Positions 42,946 to 56,730 of a stretch of DNA of 64,000 nucleotides are shown here, one piece after another. The notes below the pieces were generated by a model that made no database searches, was not told the DNA's origin, and saw nothing but the letters and a program-made list of their open reading frames with translations. Each line of letters starts with the position of its first letter. Within the stretch, counting starts at the first letter, position 1. The DNA comes from Octopus vulgaris (lineage: Eukaryota), in contig OX597819.1 of assembly GCA_951406725.2 (NCBI GenBank), positions 128,340,001-128,404,000 on the forward strand, written 5' to 3'. Position numbers and translations under genes: made by a program.

Positions 42946-43545
42946 GTTTTGTTTATATGTTTATTATTGAAATCAGTCTGCAAATAATAATTGCGTTTAC
43001 TGCTGCTGGCCACCACTGGAATCGACCGTTGCAACTAATAGCAAATGCACACTCTCTGTCTCATTCTCTTCTCTCTCTCTCTCTCTCACCCCCTCACTCT
43101 CTCTCACTCTCTCTCACTCTCTCTCTCTCTTTCTCTGTATTAATCTTTTACTCTATCTCTGTTACACTACCTTGCTCTCCCTCATTCCCAAAATGACGTT
43201 GAACTAACTCACAAGTACTCCTAATTACATTGTTCGTCAGTGGTGTGGAGGAAAAAAAAAGGGAGAGAGTGAGCAACGGAGAGGGGGGAATATATATATA
43301 GAGAGAGAGGAAGAAAAAGACAGAAAGAGACAAAAACAAAGCCTGAGAAATAGAGAGTGTGTGTGTAAAGAGAGGGAGAGAGACTAGGAGAGGGAGAGAA
43401 AGAGTTTCAATGCAAATATTAATGTAGCGTTTGACAGATAGTTATTTCTCTCTTCAACTGACGTCATACCCAGGGGAACATTTAGAATAATTTTGGCGAA
43501 TAAGAGAATTCTTTCCAAATTCATATATGTATATATATATATATA

Positions 43546-43621
<76 letters not shown>

Positions 43622-43959
43622 ATTTTCTTGCCCGAAAGTGACAAATTTCTAATGAATGTGTGTGTATGTATATATATATAATATTTAATAATTTTTTTCT
43701 TGTCAAATATCTGGATGTATATCATACAGCCCGTGTCCAATACCCGATCGGTTTCGTTCAGTCGTTCGTCTTCTTGTTATTGTTGTTATTTTTCTAATTC
43801 ATTTATTTCTGGCAGAATGGGTAGTGTCAAATTAGTTTAAATTGGCTGCATTACTCTGGACTGACTGCGATAAACGCGTTTGTAATGAATAGTATTTTAG
43901 AGTCGATGAAATACGTTTTGAGTTCAAATGGACTGTATCGATTCTGTCCTTGTATGAGG

Positions 43960-44028
<69 letters not shown>

Positions 44029-44106
44029 CATATAGATATATACACACATATATACGTACATATATATCTATACATATATATATATACATACATATATATA
44101 TATATG

Positions 44107-44420
<314 letters not shown>

Positions 44421-44454
44421 CACATATACACACATACCTACATACATGTATGAT

Positions 44455-44620
44455 AGATCGGTAGCCACTACACACATTTTTTTCTCTCCTTGTTTCTTTC
44501 TGTGTTCCTTTCTGTGGAAGAGCGTAGGCTCGAAATGTAAAAGACTTTTTCTATTCCCGAGCGTTATACTAATACATCTCTTTTTTTCTACACCATCTGT
44601 TTTTTTCGTGAATTCTCCCT
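44455..44620 (+). mobile_element. Mini-element family E1 with a hammerhead-like motif at 44508-44543
   Basis: CTTT-CTGTGGA-A-GAGC-GTAG-GCTC-GAA-AT-GT-A-AAAG. The 3' end abuts TA repeats. Confidence 0.68.
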
Positions 44621-44833
44621 ATATATACATATACATACATACATATATATATATATTTGAGTGTATGTGCGCGTGCATGTCTGTGTATAGATATAGTTTA
44701 TTCTTTCGTTCTGTAAACCGATTTCAATAGAATCGAACGCACATTTTCGTGATTGTGAAGTAAACTTCACAACGATGTAAACATGTTTGCGCTTATCAGC
44801 TGTTCGTTTTTGTCTTAATATTTTACTTATGTG

Positions 44834-45035
44834 AGGCGGCGAGCAGAAGCATAAACTCAGAACGTAATAACAGACAAAATCCTTAGCGGCATTTCGTCCG
44901 GTTTTACGTACTGAGTACAAATTCCATCCTTTTATTACCAATAAAATAAGTACCAGTCGAGCACTTGCATCTGTCTCAACGACTTAAACCCTCTCCCCAA
45001 CCTTCTAGTCGGGTGCCAAAATTTGAAACCAGTAT
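44834..45035 (+). mobile_element. SINE family C, decayed
   Basis: ggcggcgagc...agcggcatttcgtc...aataagtaccag. Confidence 0.55.
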
Positions 45036-45146
45036 TTTATTTATCTGAAGTTTTATTAGCAGAAATTATAAACGGTGTTTATTATTAGGTTTCTTTACTT
45101 CGTGAATTTCAATCCGACGTTGTTTTGTTTGCCTTCTATTCCAGCA

Positions 45147-45648
45147 TTAGTTAGTTAGTTAGTTAATTTGGCTCAAAAGCAAATAGCAAGGCCATGTAGG
45201 GGGACATGGAGTTAAGTACAGGGTGGTGTTCATGTAAAGAGTTCAGGCCACTTGAGGTCCAGGGAGGCTTTGAACAAAGCGGTCGTCGGCATCTTCACCA
45301 TCTCGTCTGGCAGCTTGTTCCACGGATCCGCAACCCGGACGGAGAAAGCTCCTCTCCTTCGATTGAGATGAAATCGTCGCAGGTAGAGCTTTCTGAGTGA
45401 CCCCGCAGCCGACGCTCTGGAGCAGGAGTGAAGAACAGCTCTTTCGAGAGGTTATACTTTCCGCTTATGATGTTGTGGGCGAGAATGAGATCACCACGGC
45501 GGCGGCGTTTTTCAAGAGAATAAAGGTCGAGCGTCCTCAGCCTTTCTTCATAAGACAAATTCTTGAGACCATGAACCATGCGGGTAGCCAGCTTCTGGAC
45601 TCTTTCGAGATGCTGTATGTCTTTGAGGAGATAAGGAGAAGAGGCTTA
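45147..45648 (-). mobile_element. CR1-clade LINE 3' end (5'-truncated)
   Basis: ERVQKLATRMVHGLKNLSYEERLRTLDLYSLEKRRRRGDLI, ending in a (TAAC)n tail. Confidence 0.9.
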
Positions 45649-45789
45649 GCGTAGGATCAGTGCGATACTATATAATCTAGCGAAGTTCCATGCGAAAATT
45701 GGGAGAAAATTCGTCAGATTGATTATACAGCAATTCAAAATGCCTAGCCATTTCATAAAACCGTGACATCTTGACTTTTTCTGAGGCTT

Positions 45790-47570
45790 TTATTTTTTCT
45801 TTTCTACTCTAGGCAAATGGGCCGAAAATTGGGGGGGGGGGCAGTCGATTAGACCTCACCACACGTGAGGCAGCCCCTTCCTTTTCTTCCTTCTTCAAGT
45901 AACTGGGTAGATCCCAAATCCTCCTAATGGCCTTTGGAAGCCTATCCTTCGGTTGCTTAAATAGGGTTTCCCCTATCCAGGCACACCTTTCGTTTATACT
46001 CCTATGTTGAGGGTAAAACTTTGCCGTGTGGTGTTTCGTAATCACCTCGTCCATGTAAAGACCCTTGGTATTATATTCTACCAAAAGGGTATCGTCTCTT
46101 CCTTTTCCACGGGTGATGGGGCCTTTCTTGTTTTTTTTTGTGGGGGGTAATTTGTGGTGACATGCTGCGTTTCCTGTGGGGGGTGTGAGTGGGGAAGGTG
46201 CATGTGTTCGTTTCCGAACTGTCGAGAACTCTCCCTCAGCCACCGCCATGGTATTGTCTGAGGGAGTTGTGTTCTTTTCACCAACAACAGGTGCCTCAGG
46301 TTTCAAGGGGGTGGGCAATGTTATTTTTGTAGAGACTTGCGAGTGCAGGGGTTGGATCTTTTCGTTGGTTTGTTTGGGGGACGGCACCGCAACAGAGGGG
46401 TGGGGTGTTTGTCTTTGTGGGGACTGGTGTGAGTGTGGTCTTGGGGTTGTTTTTCACAGATGTAGAGCCTCGTGTCTGTGCAAGATTGTCACTTTTTCTT
46501 TTTTCTTCTCTCTTTTTCCTTTCTTCGCAATCCAAACGAATGTGGCTCTTCTTTCCACACTCATAACGAGCACCCACTCTGGAAACATTTCTATGTCTTC
46601 CGGTGCCCCCTGAATTATGGCTGAAATGCTTTGTCCCAGCCAGTTCTGGAGAGCAGAGCATGTTATCTGTAAAATTTTTCTGTCCTGCTGAACAACAGGG
46701 CGGCCATCACTTCTCGTATGTCTATTTCTGGTGGCTCTTCTGTCACCTTTACCTGGGAAGGGCGCCTCCCTATGTAGGTTGGTAGAAGCACCATCTCCTT
46801 TGTTTTCAGGGGGCTCTCAGAGTACTCGCGGGTCTTCTCGGTTGCGAACCTGACTTCGATTGTCGTATATGCCTTTCTCCTTGTGATATATACAATGTCC
46901 TTCCACATAGGGGCTAGGCATTTTTCTATTATGTCCCTTTCGAAATGTTTGAACCGTTTGTTCTCGGGACAGTAGGATTTAAATATAATAGTTTTTCTTT
47001 GTGTCTCTATTGCATTGGAGGTGGGTGATATCTTTCGAAGTATTCCTTCAGTTTTTCGATTTGAAGATCAATAGTTTCAGTTGCCACCGTGGCAACTACT
47101 GAAAGTTTTTTTACGGTGTTAATGTTGGCACCTCCGCCAACATTAGCACCACCCTCTTCGAAAGTGCATTTTTCTTTAATAATTTCGACCGATATATTCG
47201 GTCGAAATTAATTCGATATAAAAATGAAGCCTACAACGTCTTTTCAAAGTTTACAGAAAATGTTCAACAGAAGATATTGCTTCCACTTAAAGTGGAAGCC
47301 TATAAATTTTCCACAAAAACAAAGTTTAAAACGACTTAAAACAGTTCGAATTTTTACACAAAATTCAAAAAAGAAAAAGCAATGCCACAATGGCCACAGA
47401 AATATATCAAACAGTTCCTATTTCCCGGTATACCGGGTGGGAGGGTAGTAAAAATAAATACAGTTCAAAAATTACAACAACGATAACAATTTTTTAAAAA
47501 ATGGAATCCTATAATAGCAAAACACTTACCAGCACAAAAAAAACACGACCACGTCGTACGACCGGAAGCA
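45790..47570 (-). mobile_element. Frameshifted gag/ORF1-like sequence with 5' leader, probably from an L1/Tx1-type non-LTR element; no ORF2 follows
   Basis: Knuckle remnant YECGKKSHIRLDC, a Pro/Thr/Lys-rich linker, and an N-terminal domain EKCLAPMWKDIVYITRRKAYTTIEVRF...LLPTYIGRR. Homologue at 59090-59470. Confidence 0.6.
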
Positions 47571-47579
47571 AGCTTCTTA

Positions 47580-47800
47580 TTTCTTTACTTTCTACAAGGG
47601 GCTACACACAGAAGGGACAGACAAAGGGATTAAGTCGATTACACCGACCCCAGTGCGTAACTGGTACTTAATTTATCGACCCCGAAAGGATGAAAGGCAA
47701 AGTCGACCTCGGCGGAATTTGAACTCAGAACGTAACGGGCAGACGAAATACTGCAAAGCATTTCGCCCGGCGCGCTAACGCTTCTGCCAGCTCGCCGCCT
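47580..47800 (-). mobile_element. SINE family C inserted into a SINE B head remnant
   Basis: TSD cttctta at 47573-47579 and 47799-47805. The flanks rejoin as aagcaagcttcttaccacacaaccatgcctgcac, the SINE B head on the minus strand. Confidence 0.85.
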
Positions 47801-48601
47801 TCTTACCACACAACCATGCCTGCACACTCACACAATATTTTTTCACTTATTCTGCCTGACAAACACGTTTAGAGAACAAATGTCTATGGAATATATAGCC
47901 ATTTATGATAGAATTACTTTACTTGTTTTAATTAGCTTTGTTGATAGCAAATGATAGAATTATCCATTTTCTAGAAAAATATACTGGCATTGCATTTTAT
48001 TTTATTCTTCCGATCCGGATTTATGAAAAAAATATATTAAACACCAAAAGCAGATGAATTTATCGGCAATTATATAATTCACTCACGAGCTATAAAGGTA
48101 AACGGAGGGGAAACGAAGGAGACCTCTACGCGTTCACACGACCAGCTTGAAATAGCAACCGAAAGTCCTTCTCTGCATACTATAGTATCTTAATGAAGGA
48201 AAGACAGATTGGTTAGCTTAGTTCCTTAAGTGATCTACGAAAATAAAAGGAGATGCGGCAGTCATGGCTGGAAGCTTTTGATCATATCAACTAAAGAAGG
48301 CCTGTAGCGAAACAACAGCAACAAAGCTAGCAGTTCCTTTGTATGACTCTCATTCATAGCTAATTGAAGTGGTTTGTTGAGAATTAAATATTTATGCGAG
48401 GAGCCCAATACAACGTCGATGACGAAATACACTGATCCATAGGTTAGCAGAGGGACACACTAGTATCTCGACCAGACTAGTTCAGGAATAATTAGGGCAA
48501 TTAAGGTGTGATTCGATATCTTGAAGCTACCAAACCCATACATACCTCCAGATGACTAAACTAAAAATATTCATAACAGACAGGCGGCTGCTAAGTTGAT
48601 G

Positions 48602-48984
48602 TTGCTGCTGTTGCTGTTGAGCGAACGGTCTTCGTCGCAGAGCTCACAAGATGGGAGAAGTCCGAAACGTGGTCCTTTGCTATTCGTAAGACTCGCAGAA
48701 GAGAAAGCAGGTCAACCCCGATACCGAGAGCATCGACGGATGGATGAATGCGCATCCTGGCTCAGTGGTTGCGTAGGAAGTCGGGGACAAGAAACAGGAA
48801 GAAAGAGTGAGAGAAAGTTGGAGCGAAAGATTACAACAGGGGTCACCACCACCCCCTGCCGGAGTCTCGTGGAGCTTTAGGTGTTTTCGCTCAATTAACA
48901 CTCACAACGCCCGGTCTGGAAATCGAAACCGCGATCCTCCGACCGCGAGTCCGCTGCCCTAAGCACTGGGCCATTGCGCCTCCA
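48602..48984 (-). mobile_element. SINE family A2 (A-type head, alternative tail)
   Basis: Same head as 37921 and 62914, tail shared with 57995. Flanked by ttgctgctg. Confidence 0.9.
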
Positions 48985-49762
48985 CTTGCTGCTGCTGCTG
49001 CTATTTAGCGTCCGCTATCAAACAGCTCATTTCAGGCATACTTTTTATCGGAGGCCTTCCAAGCTGAGCCAAGCTGTTTTCACGCAATGGCATCTGAATT
49101 TCTCTAATTAACATGACCTTCCTTGTTCATCGCGATAGAGTAAAGTATGATTAGAGCGAAAGCTGGCAACTATTTCTTGTTGGTTAAGCAAGCTCACACA
49201 AGTTATTGCATTAGATTTGTATCCTCGCCAGGATATAATTGCTTCTTAATAGTTCAACACTTTCAAAATCGAAATAACTTGCAGCATACCGCGACACCGC
49301 CCAGTATTAGCGATAAATATATATTTTTGCAAAAGCACAAACATGGACAAAAAAGATAATTAATAATATACGTGTGTGTTTTTTTTTTTGTTGTTTTTTT
49401 TACTTTTATTTATTTAGATTCACTTTCTCTCTGAAAGAAAATTAATGTAAAGCAGAGTTAGTCAAATGAAAAATTCGATATTTATTTTTATCTATTTTAA
49501 TATTTTTATTTTTATTTATTTATTTATTTATTTATTTATTGATACTTTGCTGAGGTTTTCTTCTCGGGTATTAAAAATAAATCGAATCGTAAATCATGTC
49601 CCAGGCTGTTATACCATACGGATTAAGATAGCTAAAAGTCTAGAAAACAAAATGTCCCCATGGTTCTAACTTGTTATTCATTTATTTTATGTAAAATTTT
49701 TCTGTTATTTCGTTTCTAATTTTTATATTATTTCCTTTATGTATTTTATTTTAGAGTTTTAG

Positions 49763-49797
<35 letters not shown>

Positions 49798-50619
49798 TGG
49801 GAGGGGCCAAATACCCTGTCACATAATTTGGCATCGTTTTCCTGCACAACTTAAAAACTTCAAAATAGCAAAATATATTCATTCATATATAAATTCATAC
49901 AAAAATCATTCATATTGAGCTTACCCTGTTTTGTTTTGTTTTTAGGGTTTCGATGGAGGAGGAAAAGCATCATCTATGATTTTTTTTGCTGGGTTCCTGA
50001 GACGGGCTGAAAATGATCGAAGAAACTACAACTCATGGAAACCCCGCGAACTGACCGTCAGTACAGGGTCGGGTAGCTTCACAGCATTTATTACGGCTCT
50101 GCGTTCTGAGTTCAAATCCAGCCGAGGTTAACTTAATCTTTCGTCCTTTTGGGTTCAATAAAAAAAAGTACTAATTAATCCAAAGCGGTGGATTAACGGG
50201 ACAGTAAGAATATCGGACCTGATGCTTTGCAGTACATCGCTCAGGGTATTTTGCGTTCTGAGTTCAAATCCCGTCATGACCTACAGGGGTGAAAGACTTA
50301 GCACAACACCCTGTTTAACACCACCATCTGACACTTCGAGCACCTTTAGCCGAATTCACTCTGTTGGAAGGATTCGAGCCGGGTCTCCGCGTGAGGTTAA
50401 CTTCCTCTCTCTTCCTCGCCGGAATTCCTGTAAAAGAGTCAAAGGCAATGACTCCTTTCCTCAACATATAATGTCCTTAGACTTGAGACCCAATCAAAAT
50501 GCTTGCAGCAGAGTAGACATCACTAAAGACACTCAATGGGAATGGAAGAGGTTTAAATCAATCACACTAAAAATAATTATAACGCATCCAACCTCTTTCC
50601 ATAGTTTTCCACTACTGAA

Positions 50620-50855
50620 TACCTATTTTTTTACTACCCACAAGGGGCTAAACACAGAGGGGACAAACAAGGACAGGCAAACGGATTAAGTCGATTACGT
50701 CGACCCCAGTGCGTAACTGGTACTTAATTTATCGACCCCGAAAGGATGAAAGGCAAAGTTGACCTCGGCAGAATTTGAACTCAGAACATAACGGCAGACG
50801 AAATACGGCTACGCATTTCGCCCGGCATGCAAACGTTTCTGCCAGCTCGCCGCTC
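50620..50855 (-). mobile_element. SINE family C
   Basis: Full length, with ctgaata on both flanks. Confidence 0.85.
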
Positions 50856-50929
50856 TGAATATCATTCGTGTGTGGGGGAATGTGCGTATGTGTGCGTGTG
50901 TGTGACTGCGTCTGTGTGTGTATGTTTGC

Positions 50930-50984
<55 letters not shown>

Positions 50985-51137
50985 TGTGTGTCTTCCATCA
51001 AAGTTGACCATACATCCGCACATGTATGTACGGACTTGGGGTAAGATATTTTAGGAAGGCAGGCAGTTTCTCATGCATGCAAGTTTCCTCTCCAAATCAC
51101 CGATGATTATCCTAAGAACACAAAGAGCAAGAAAAAA

Positions 51138-51256
51138 TACCTATTTCTTTACTACGCACAAGGGGCTAAACATAGAGGGGAAATTGAACTCGGCGGAAAT
51201 TGAACTCAGAACGTAGCGGCAGACGAAATACCGCAAGGCATTTCGCCCGGCATGCT
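51138..51256 (-). mobile_element. SINE family C, internally deleted
   Basis: The tail is joined directly to the B-box region. Confidence 0.75.
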
Positions 51257-51699
51257 ACCACAAGACGTATCGTCAGATCCTGTAGCAGTTTCTCCAATCT
51301 GTAACATCCTGAGTGGATGAAGGGCAAAGTTAACCTCGATGACATACGAACTCAGAGTGAAGTGAGTTGCGACAACTACTTCGAGGAAATTGACCAAACG
51401 CTTTAATGATCTAGAAATTTCTCCACCTTTCAGAAATGGCGTACCCTACATAACATTATTATAACGAGTTTTTTCTATCAGGGTATTAAGGTATCGTTTG
51501 AGGGTGAATTGACAAATTGAACAATCATGTAAAAATCTACCTCGTTGGCTCGGATTGGCTAGTTAACTTTGGTGACTTTTTCTTCTTTTTCTTTTTTTTT
51601 TGGGGGGGGGGGATTATGAATTCAACAAAGCGTCACCATCATCATCTTTTCTTTCTCCTACCTCTTCTTTTCCTCTTTCTCCTCTTCTTCTCCTTTTTT

Positions 51700-52237
51700 T
51701 CTCCTTAACTTAATCATCAATGCCATCATTATCACCATCATCACAACCGCCGTCGCGATCACTACAACCTTCATCATCATCATCATCATCGTCATCATCA
51801 TCATAGTCATCCCCACCTTAGTTACCAGTATCATCGCCACCATCAACAGCATCTTCATCATCATCATCATCATCATCATCACCCATCGTCATCATCATCA
51901 TCATCGTCTACGACCAATAAAATATATCTTATCATCTGTTTCATTCGTAAAAAAATAAAAACTTCACTGTATGTTCCTGCTTCCAGTTTTTACAAATGTT
52001 GTTCTTACTGTTGTTGTTGCCGTTATTGTTGACGTTAAAACGTTGTTCCCGTTATTATTGTTGTTTTATGGGATAATATTGATGTTAACTTTTCTCAATA
52101 CTGAAATTGTTTTGTTTTTTGCTTTTTGTTTGTTTTTGTGCCGCTATTGTTGTTGTCGCAGATGTTTGCTTATTGTTGTTGTTGTGGTGTTGTTTCTTTG
52201 TTATTTTTGTTTTGGTGTTGTTTGTTTTTTTTTATTT

Positions 52238-52284
<47 letters not shown>

Positions 52285-52292
52285 CGTTGTCG

Positions 52293-52325
<33 letters not shown>

Positions 52326-52478
52326 GTGTTTTTATTATTTTTTCTCTCACACCCGGCCCTTACTTTGCTTCTGTTGCTCAACTAAGAGTAAGTTCCTTCT
52401 CTTCAGTTTTATGGCTTCCTCCAAGATTCTAAAAAGGAAACGGTTACGACAAAAAGAACAAAGAAGAAGAAGAAGAAG

Positions 52479-52525
<47 letters not shown>

Positions 52526-52545
52526 AAACGTCAACAACAATGAGG
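51700..52545. repeat. Triplet-repeat block (CAT, GTT, GTA, GAA, CAA)
   Basis: Direct reading. Confidence 0.88.
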
Positions 52546-53974
52546 AAGAAGGGAGAAGTAAAATCAGTAGGAGGAGAAAAGAACGAGAAAAATAAAAAAT
52601 AAAATCCAAAAAATCAAACCACAAATAGACACTCACCTACATACAAGATAAAGAAAATATATTCTAATACTGTTGTTATTGCTATTGTTGTTGTTACAAG
52701 AGAGGTTTACTGATCGGTCAGTCGAATGATATTAGGAAAAAGTGAGAGTGGGAGACAGTGAGAGACAGTGGGAGAGAGTGCGTGTAAGAGTAAGAGAGAG
52801 AGGCACTTAAGCAATGACGAGGTATAATTTTATATTTGTTAATTTGTAAATTTTGTCGTATTTGATGATGTGATATTTTTACCATTCTCTGTTCGTTTCC
52901 TTACGCCTATGTATATATGCACACGCACACATACACAGTGACACACACCCATACATGTATAGATCCATATATATATATATATATATATACACATACATAT
53001 ACATATATACACATATACATACATATATATACATACATACATATATATAAACATAATCGTTTATATATAAACATATGTGAATAAAATATAGTTTGGAATA
53101 CACATACCAATATAAATATAACGAATATATATATAAATAAATACATGTGTGCGTATGTATATATATATATATACAAATGTATATGACATATATCTGCAAT
53201 ACATGTCTTAATATGCACATGCTCACTCACACACGCCCACACACTCATACACGCACCCACACCACTCACACACCTACACACACACAAACACACGCCCACA
53301 CACACACACACACACTCACACACCCACACACACATCTACACACACACCTACACACACGCGCGCCCAGACACCCCCCCACACCCACTCACACACACACACA
53401 TACACATCTACACATAAACCCATACACACACACGCACATACATATATATGTAAGTTGCGTCCATATTAACTCTTTCACTTCCATATTCTCATTTCTACTT
53501 ATTGAGATTCATTTCCTGTTTTGTACTTTGGATCTTGTCCCCGTTTTTTTGCCATCGACCCTCCGCCATTTTTTTCCTCTTTCTGGTCCTAATCCTAATT
53601 TTCACCCCACCCCCCCCTTCTTTATCTTTCTTCCCTTTTTATGTATACATACACACACATACTCATACATGTATGTGTGTGTGTGTGTGTGGTATATGTA
53701 CATAAAAATATACACATATATTCATACATGTATATATACATATATACGTAAATGGAGGGGAGAAGACTAGTTATACACACACACGTGTATATAGTCTTTC
53801 TCTTGCTTTTTTTTTTTGTTTTTGGTGGGGTGGGGTTCATTTCACCATCCCTAAATATATTGTTTTTGTGCTGTAGTTTTTCTGTTACATATGTCTATGC
53901 ATGCATATCTGTACACGCACACACAAAGAAATTTGCGTGTGCATCACACACACACACACACCGTACACACATAC

Positions 53975-54023
<49 letters not shown>

Positions 54024-54674
54024 AATGTACATACATAGATGCACATACATATGAATATTATCAAAATATCTGGTACTATATATATAATGATAGATAGGTA
54101 AATGCACGGTCATATACATATACACGCGTGCACACATACAGATATGTATGTGTGTATGTGTGTGTATATATATATATCCATGCATACGTACATATACACT
54201 CACGTACATACAAGCATGCATACACATGCACACATACCTACTCGCGTATACACATTCCATGAATATTCATTTTTTCGTCTTCCTTTATATATTAATAGTC
54301 CTTATGATGTTGTATAGCTGTATCCATTTTACACATTTATATACATTTCCAAGATTTTCATTCGATGGATCTTGTATTCGGATTTTATACATATATATAT
54401 GTGTATTTTTATATGTATATGTCTTATTATGTACATGTACTTGTGTGTAAATGTATTACTCCGTGTGTGCATGCATTTGTGTCTGTATGTGTATTGAAAG
54501 AAAGATAAACAAAAAATGAACGCGAAATTTAAGGAGGAATGCCAATATAGAACAGAGAAAATAATAGAGAATACATCATTAATGGCATATTCTCCGTTCG
54601 TCGATATATACCTCTTACCTATAAAAATATTTCAATAATAATAATAATATTAATAACAACAACAACGACGACAA

Positions 54675-54880
54675 TAACCCGGAAGGATGTTGGGAAACTA
54701 TTGAAATACAAGGATCTTGAAATGAGGGGAAAAAACATGATGAGGGTTACGAATGTAAAAAAACAGGACCAATAATAGCTGAAGCATTAGAAAATGAGCA
54801 TAAAGGTAAAAATCATAGCAACTTTACGCATAGTCCAAAAAATAATGCTTCTAGACAAATTCATATACCCTGAGCAAGAC
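54675..54880 (+). mobile_element. Old R4/Dong 3'-terminal remnant
   Basis: KLLKYKDLEM / PIIAEAL / VQKIMLL match KLSKYKDLEI / PVIVGAL / IQKIVL of the 15629 ORF. Preceded by (AAT)n at 54634. Confidence 0.55.
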
Positions 54881-55419
54881 ACTATAAATTCAGCAGTATC
54901 CATGGTACATGTTCTGTGTAACACGCCAAACATATTTCATACAATAATCACCCAACAAAATAATACAACACACATCTTCTACACAATAATCGTATGACCA
55001 TGCAATAATATAAAAGAATCCACACAATCAACCCCTCGACAGATAGATAAATAGAGAGAGACAGGTTACAGCGTAGGATGGATTGCTTTGCAGTTAATAG
55101 CTCCGGTTCCCTATTCTCTGAGTTCAAATTCTACCGAGCACCAATTTGTCTTTCACCGATACATTACCAATTCTGAACCGAGGTTGATTCCTCTCTTACT
55201 TATTCTCTCTTTCTCTATCTCTCCTTATACAAATCTATTCTGCTTAGACCTGGAAGAGAGTGGACCGTGCCAAATCTAAAAGTGTCAAAAATTACGTCAT
55301 CTGTTATGACGGGACTCCTACAATTTCACCATGGAGTGAAAAACGAGTGGCATGATATAGTTATATATTTATGTATGTATATAGAATATTGTGTATATCA
55401 TGTGTTTTGTGTGTATGTA

Positions 55420-55465
<46 letters not shown>

Positions 55466-55469
55466 CATA

Positions 55470-55698
55470 GGTGAAGGCATGGCTGTGGATTAAGAAACTT
55501 ACTTCCCAACCACATGGTTCCGGGTTCAGTCCCACTGCGTGGCACCTTGGGCTAGTGTATTCTACTATAGCTTGTGTGCGTGTGTGTGTATGTGTGGTGT
55601 GTGTGTGCATGCGTGTGTGTGTGTGCGTATGCGTGTGTGTGTGTATTTCCCCCACCATCACTTGGCAACCGATGCCGGTGTATCTAGGTTCCCGTAAC
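55470..55698 (+). mobile_element. SINE family B, 5' part with deletions
   Basis: ccacatggttccgggttcagtcccactgcgtggcaccttggg. Confidence 0.8.
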
Positions 55699-55899
55699 AT
55701 ACATACATACATACATACATACATACATACATACATACATACATACATACATACATACATACATACATACATACATACATACATACATACATACATACGT
55801 ACGAACGTACATACGTATAATTTCCCGGAAATTCAAAAGGATAGGCGAATCTTCTTCTAAAACAATTGACCAATAGAGTATGTACCTCTTCTATGAAGC

Positions 55900-56730
55900 T
55901 ACGCGAGAGTGGGCTGAAAAGTTCATAGACTGACTATGAAGGAACGACGTTAGAGCAGTGAAATTTTGTATGGATTAATTTCATCTCTTCTTATTAATGA
56001 CTGCATTGTTTCTTTCCAGATAACTGATATCTGACTGTTCAATGACAACTTCAAAAGCAACTAGTAGCGATTTCTCTTGATTTTGACATCAAGTACCGGC
56101 AGAAAGAAGATTTAGCCCCAGCAACATTCATGCTGACATGCTTGATACATTAGGGGACGACGCTTCAGCTTTATCAACAGTGAAAAAAGGGGTCAGCTAA
56201 ATTTAGGAGGGGAAAGAAGAGTCTTGAAGATGATCCATCGTCTGGAAGTCCTGCATCTGCCACTACCGAGGAAAACATTGATCGTGTTTACATGCAGATC
56301 GATGACAGGTGATTGACTATAAATCAAATAGCCAATGCTACAAGCATATCCCATGAGAGAGATGAGAATATTCTGCACAATGAACTTGGCATGGTTTCTG
56401 CTCAGTGAACGTCACATCTTCTGACACTGGATCAAAAGCGCACCAGGTAGATCACATCGCCGGAAAATCTGACATGGTTTCAGGCAGATCCAACTGGTTT
56501 CCTAAAACGTTAGCGAATCCAAGATGAGTATAGACTTCATTACTTTGTGCCAGTAACAAATTATTCAGTGGAAACTCCCCCTCCTTACCTGCTCCAAAGA
56601 AGGCCAAAATCGTTTCAGCTATTGGGAAGATGGTCTGTTTTAGGGGATGCAAAAGACACTGTGTTTGTTGATTATCTCCAAAAGGCCCACACCATCAATA
56701 GAGAGTGTTATGGCAACTTGCGTATGAACT
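55900..56730 (+). mobile_element. Mariner (irritans/Hsmar2-like) remnant: left TIR and decayed transposase N-terminal two-thirds
   Basis: TIR-like tacgcgagagtgggctgaaaagtt. IHADML.TLGDDASALSTVKK..AKFRRG..SLEDDP.SG.P, ILHNELGM and VFVDYLQKAHTIN. Confidence 0.8.
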
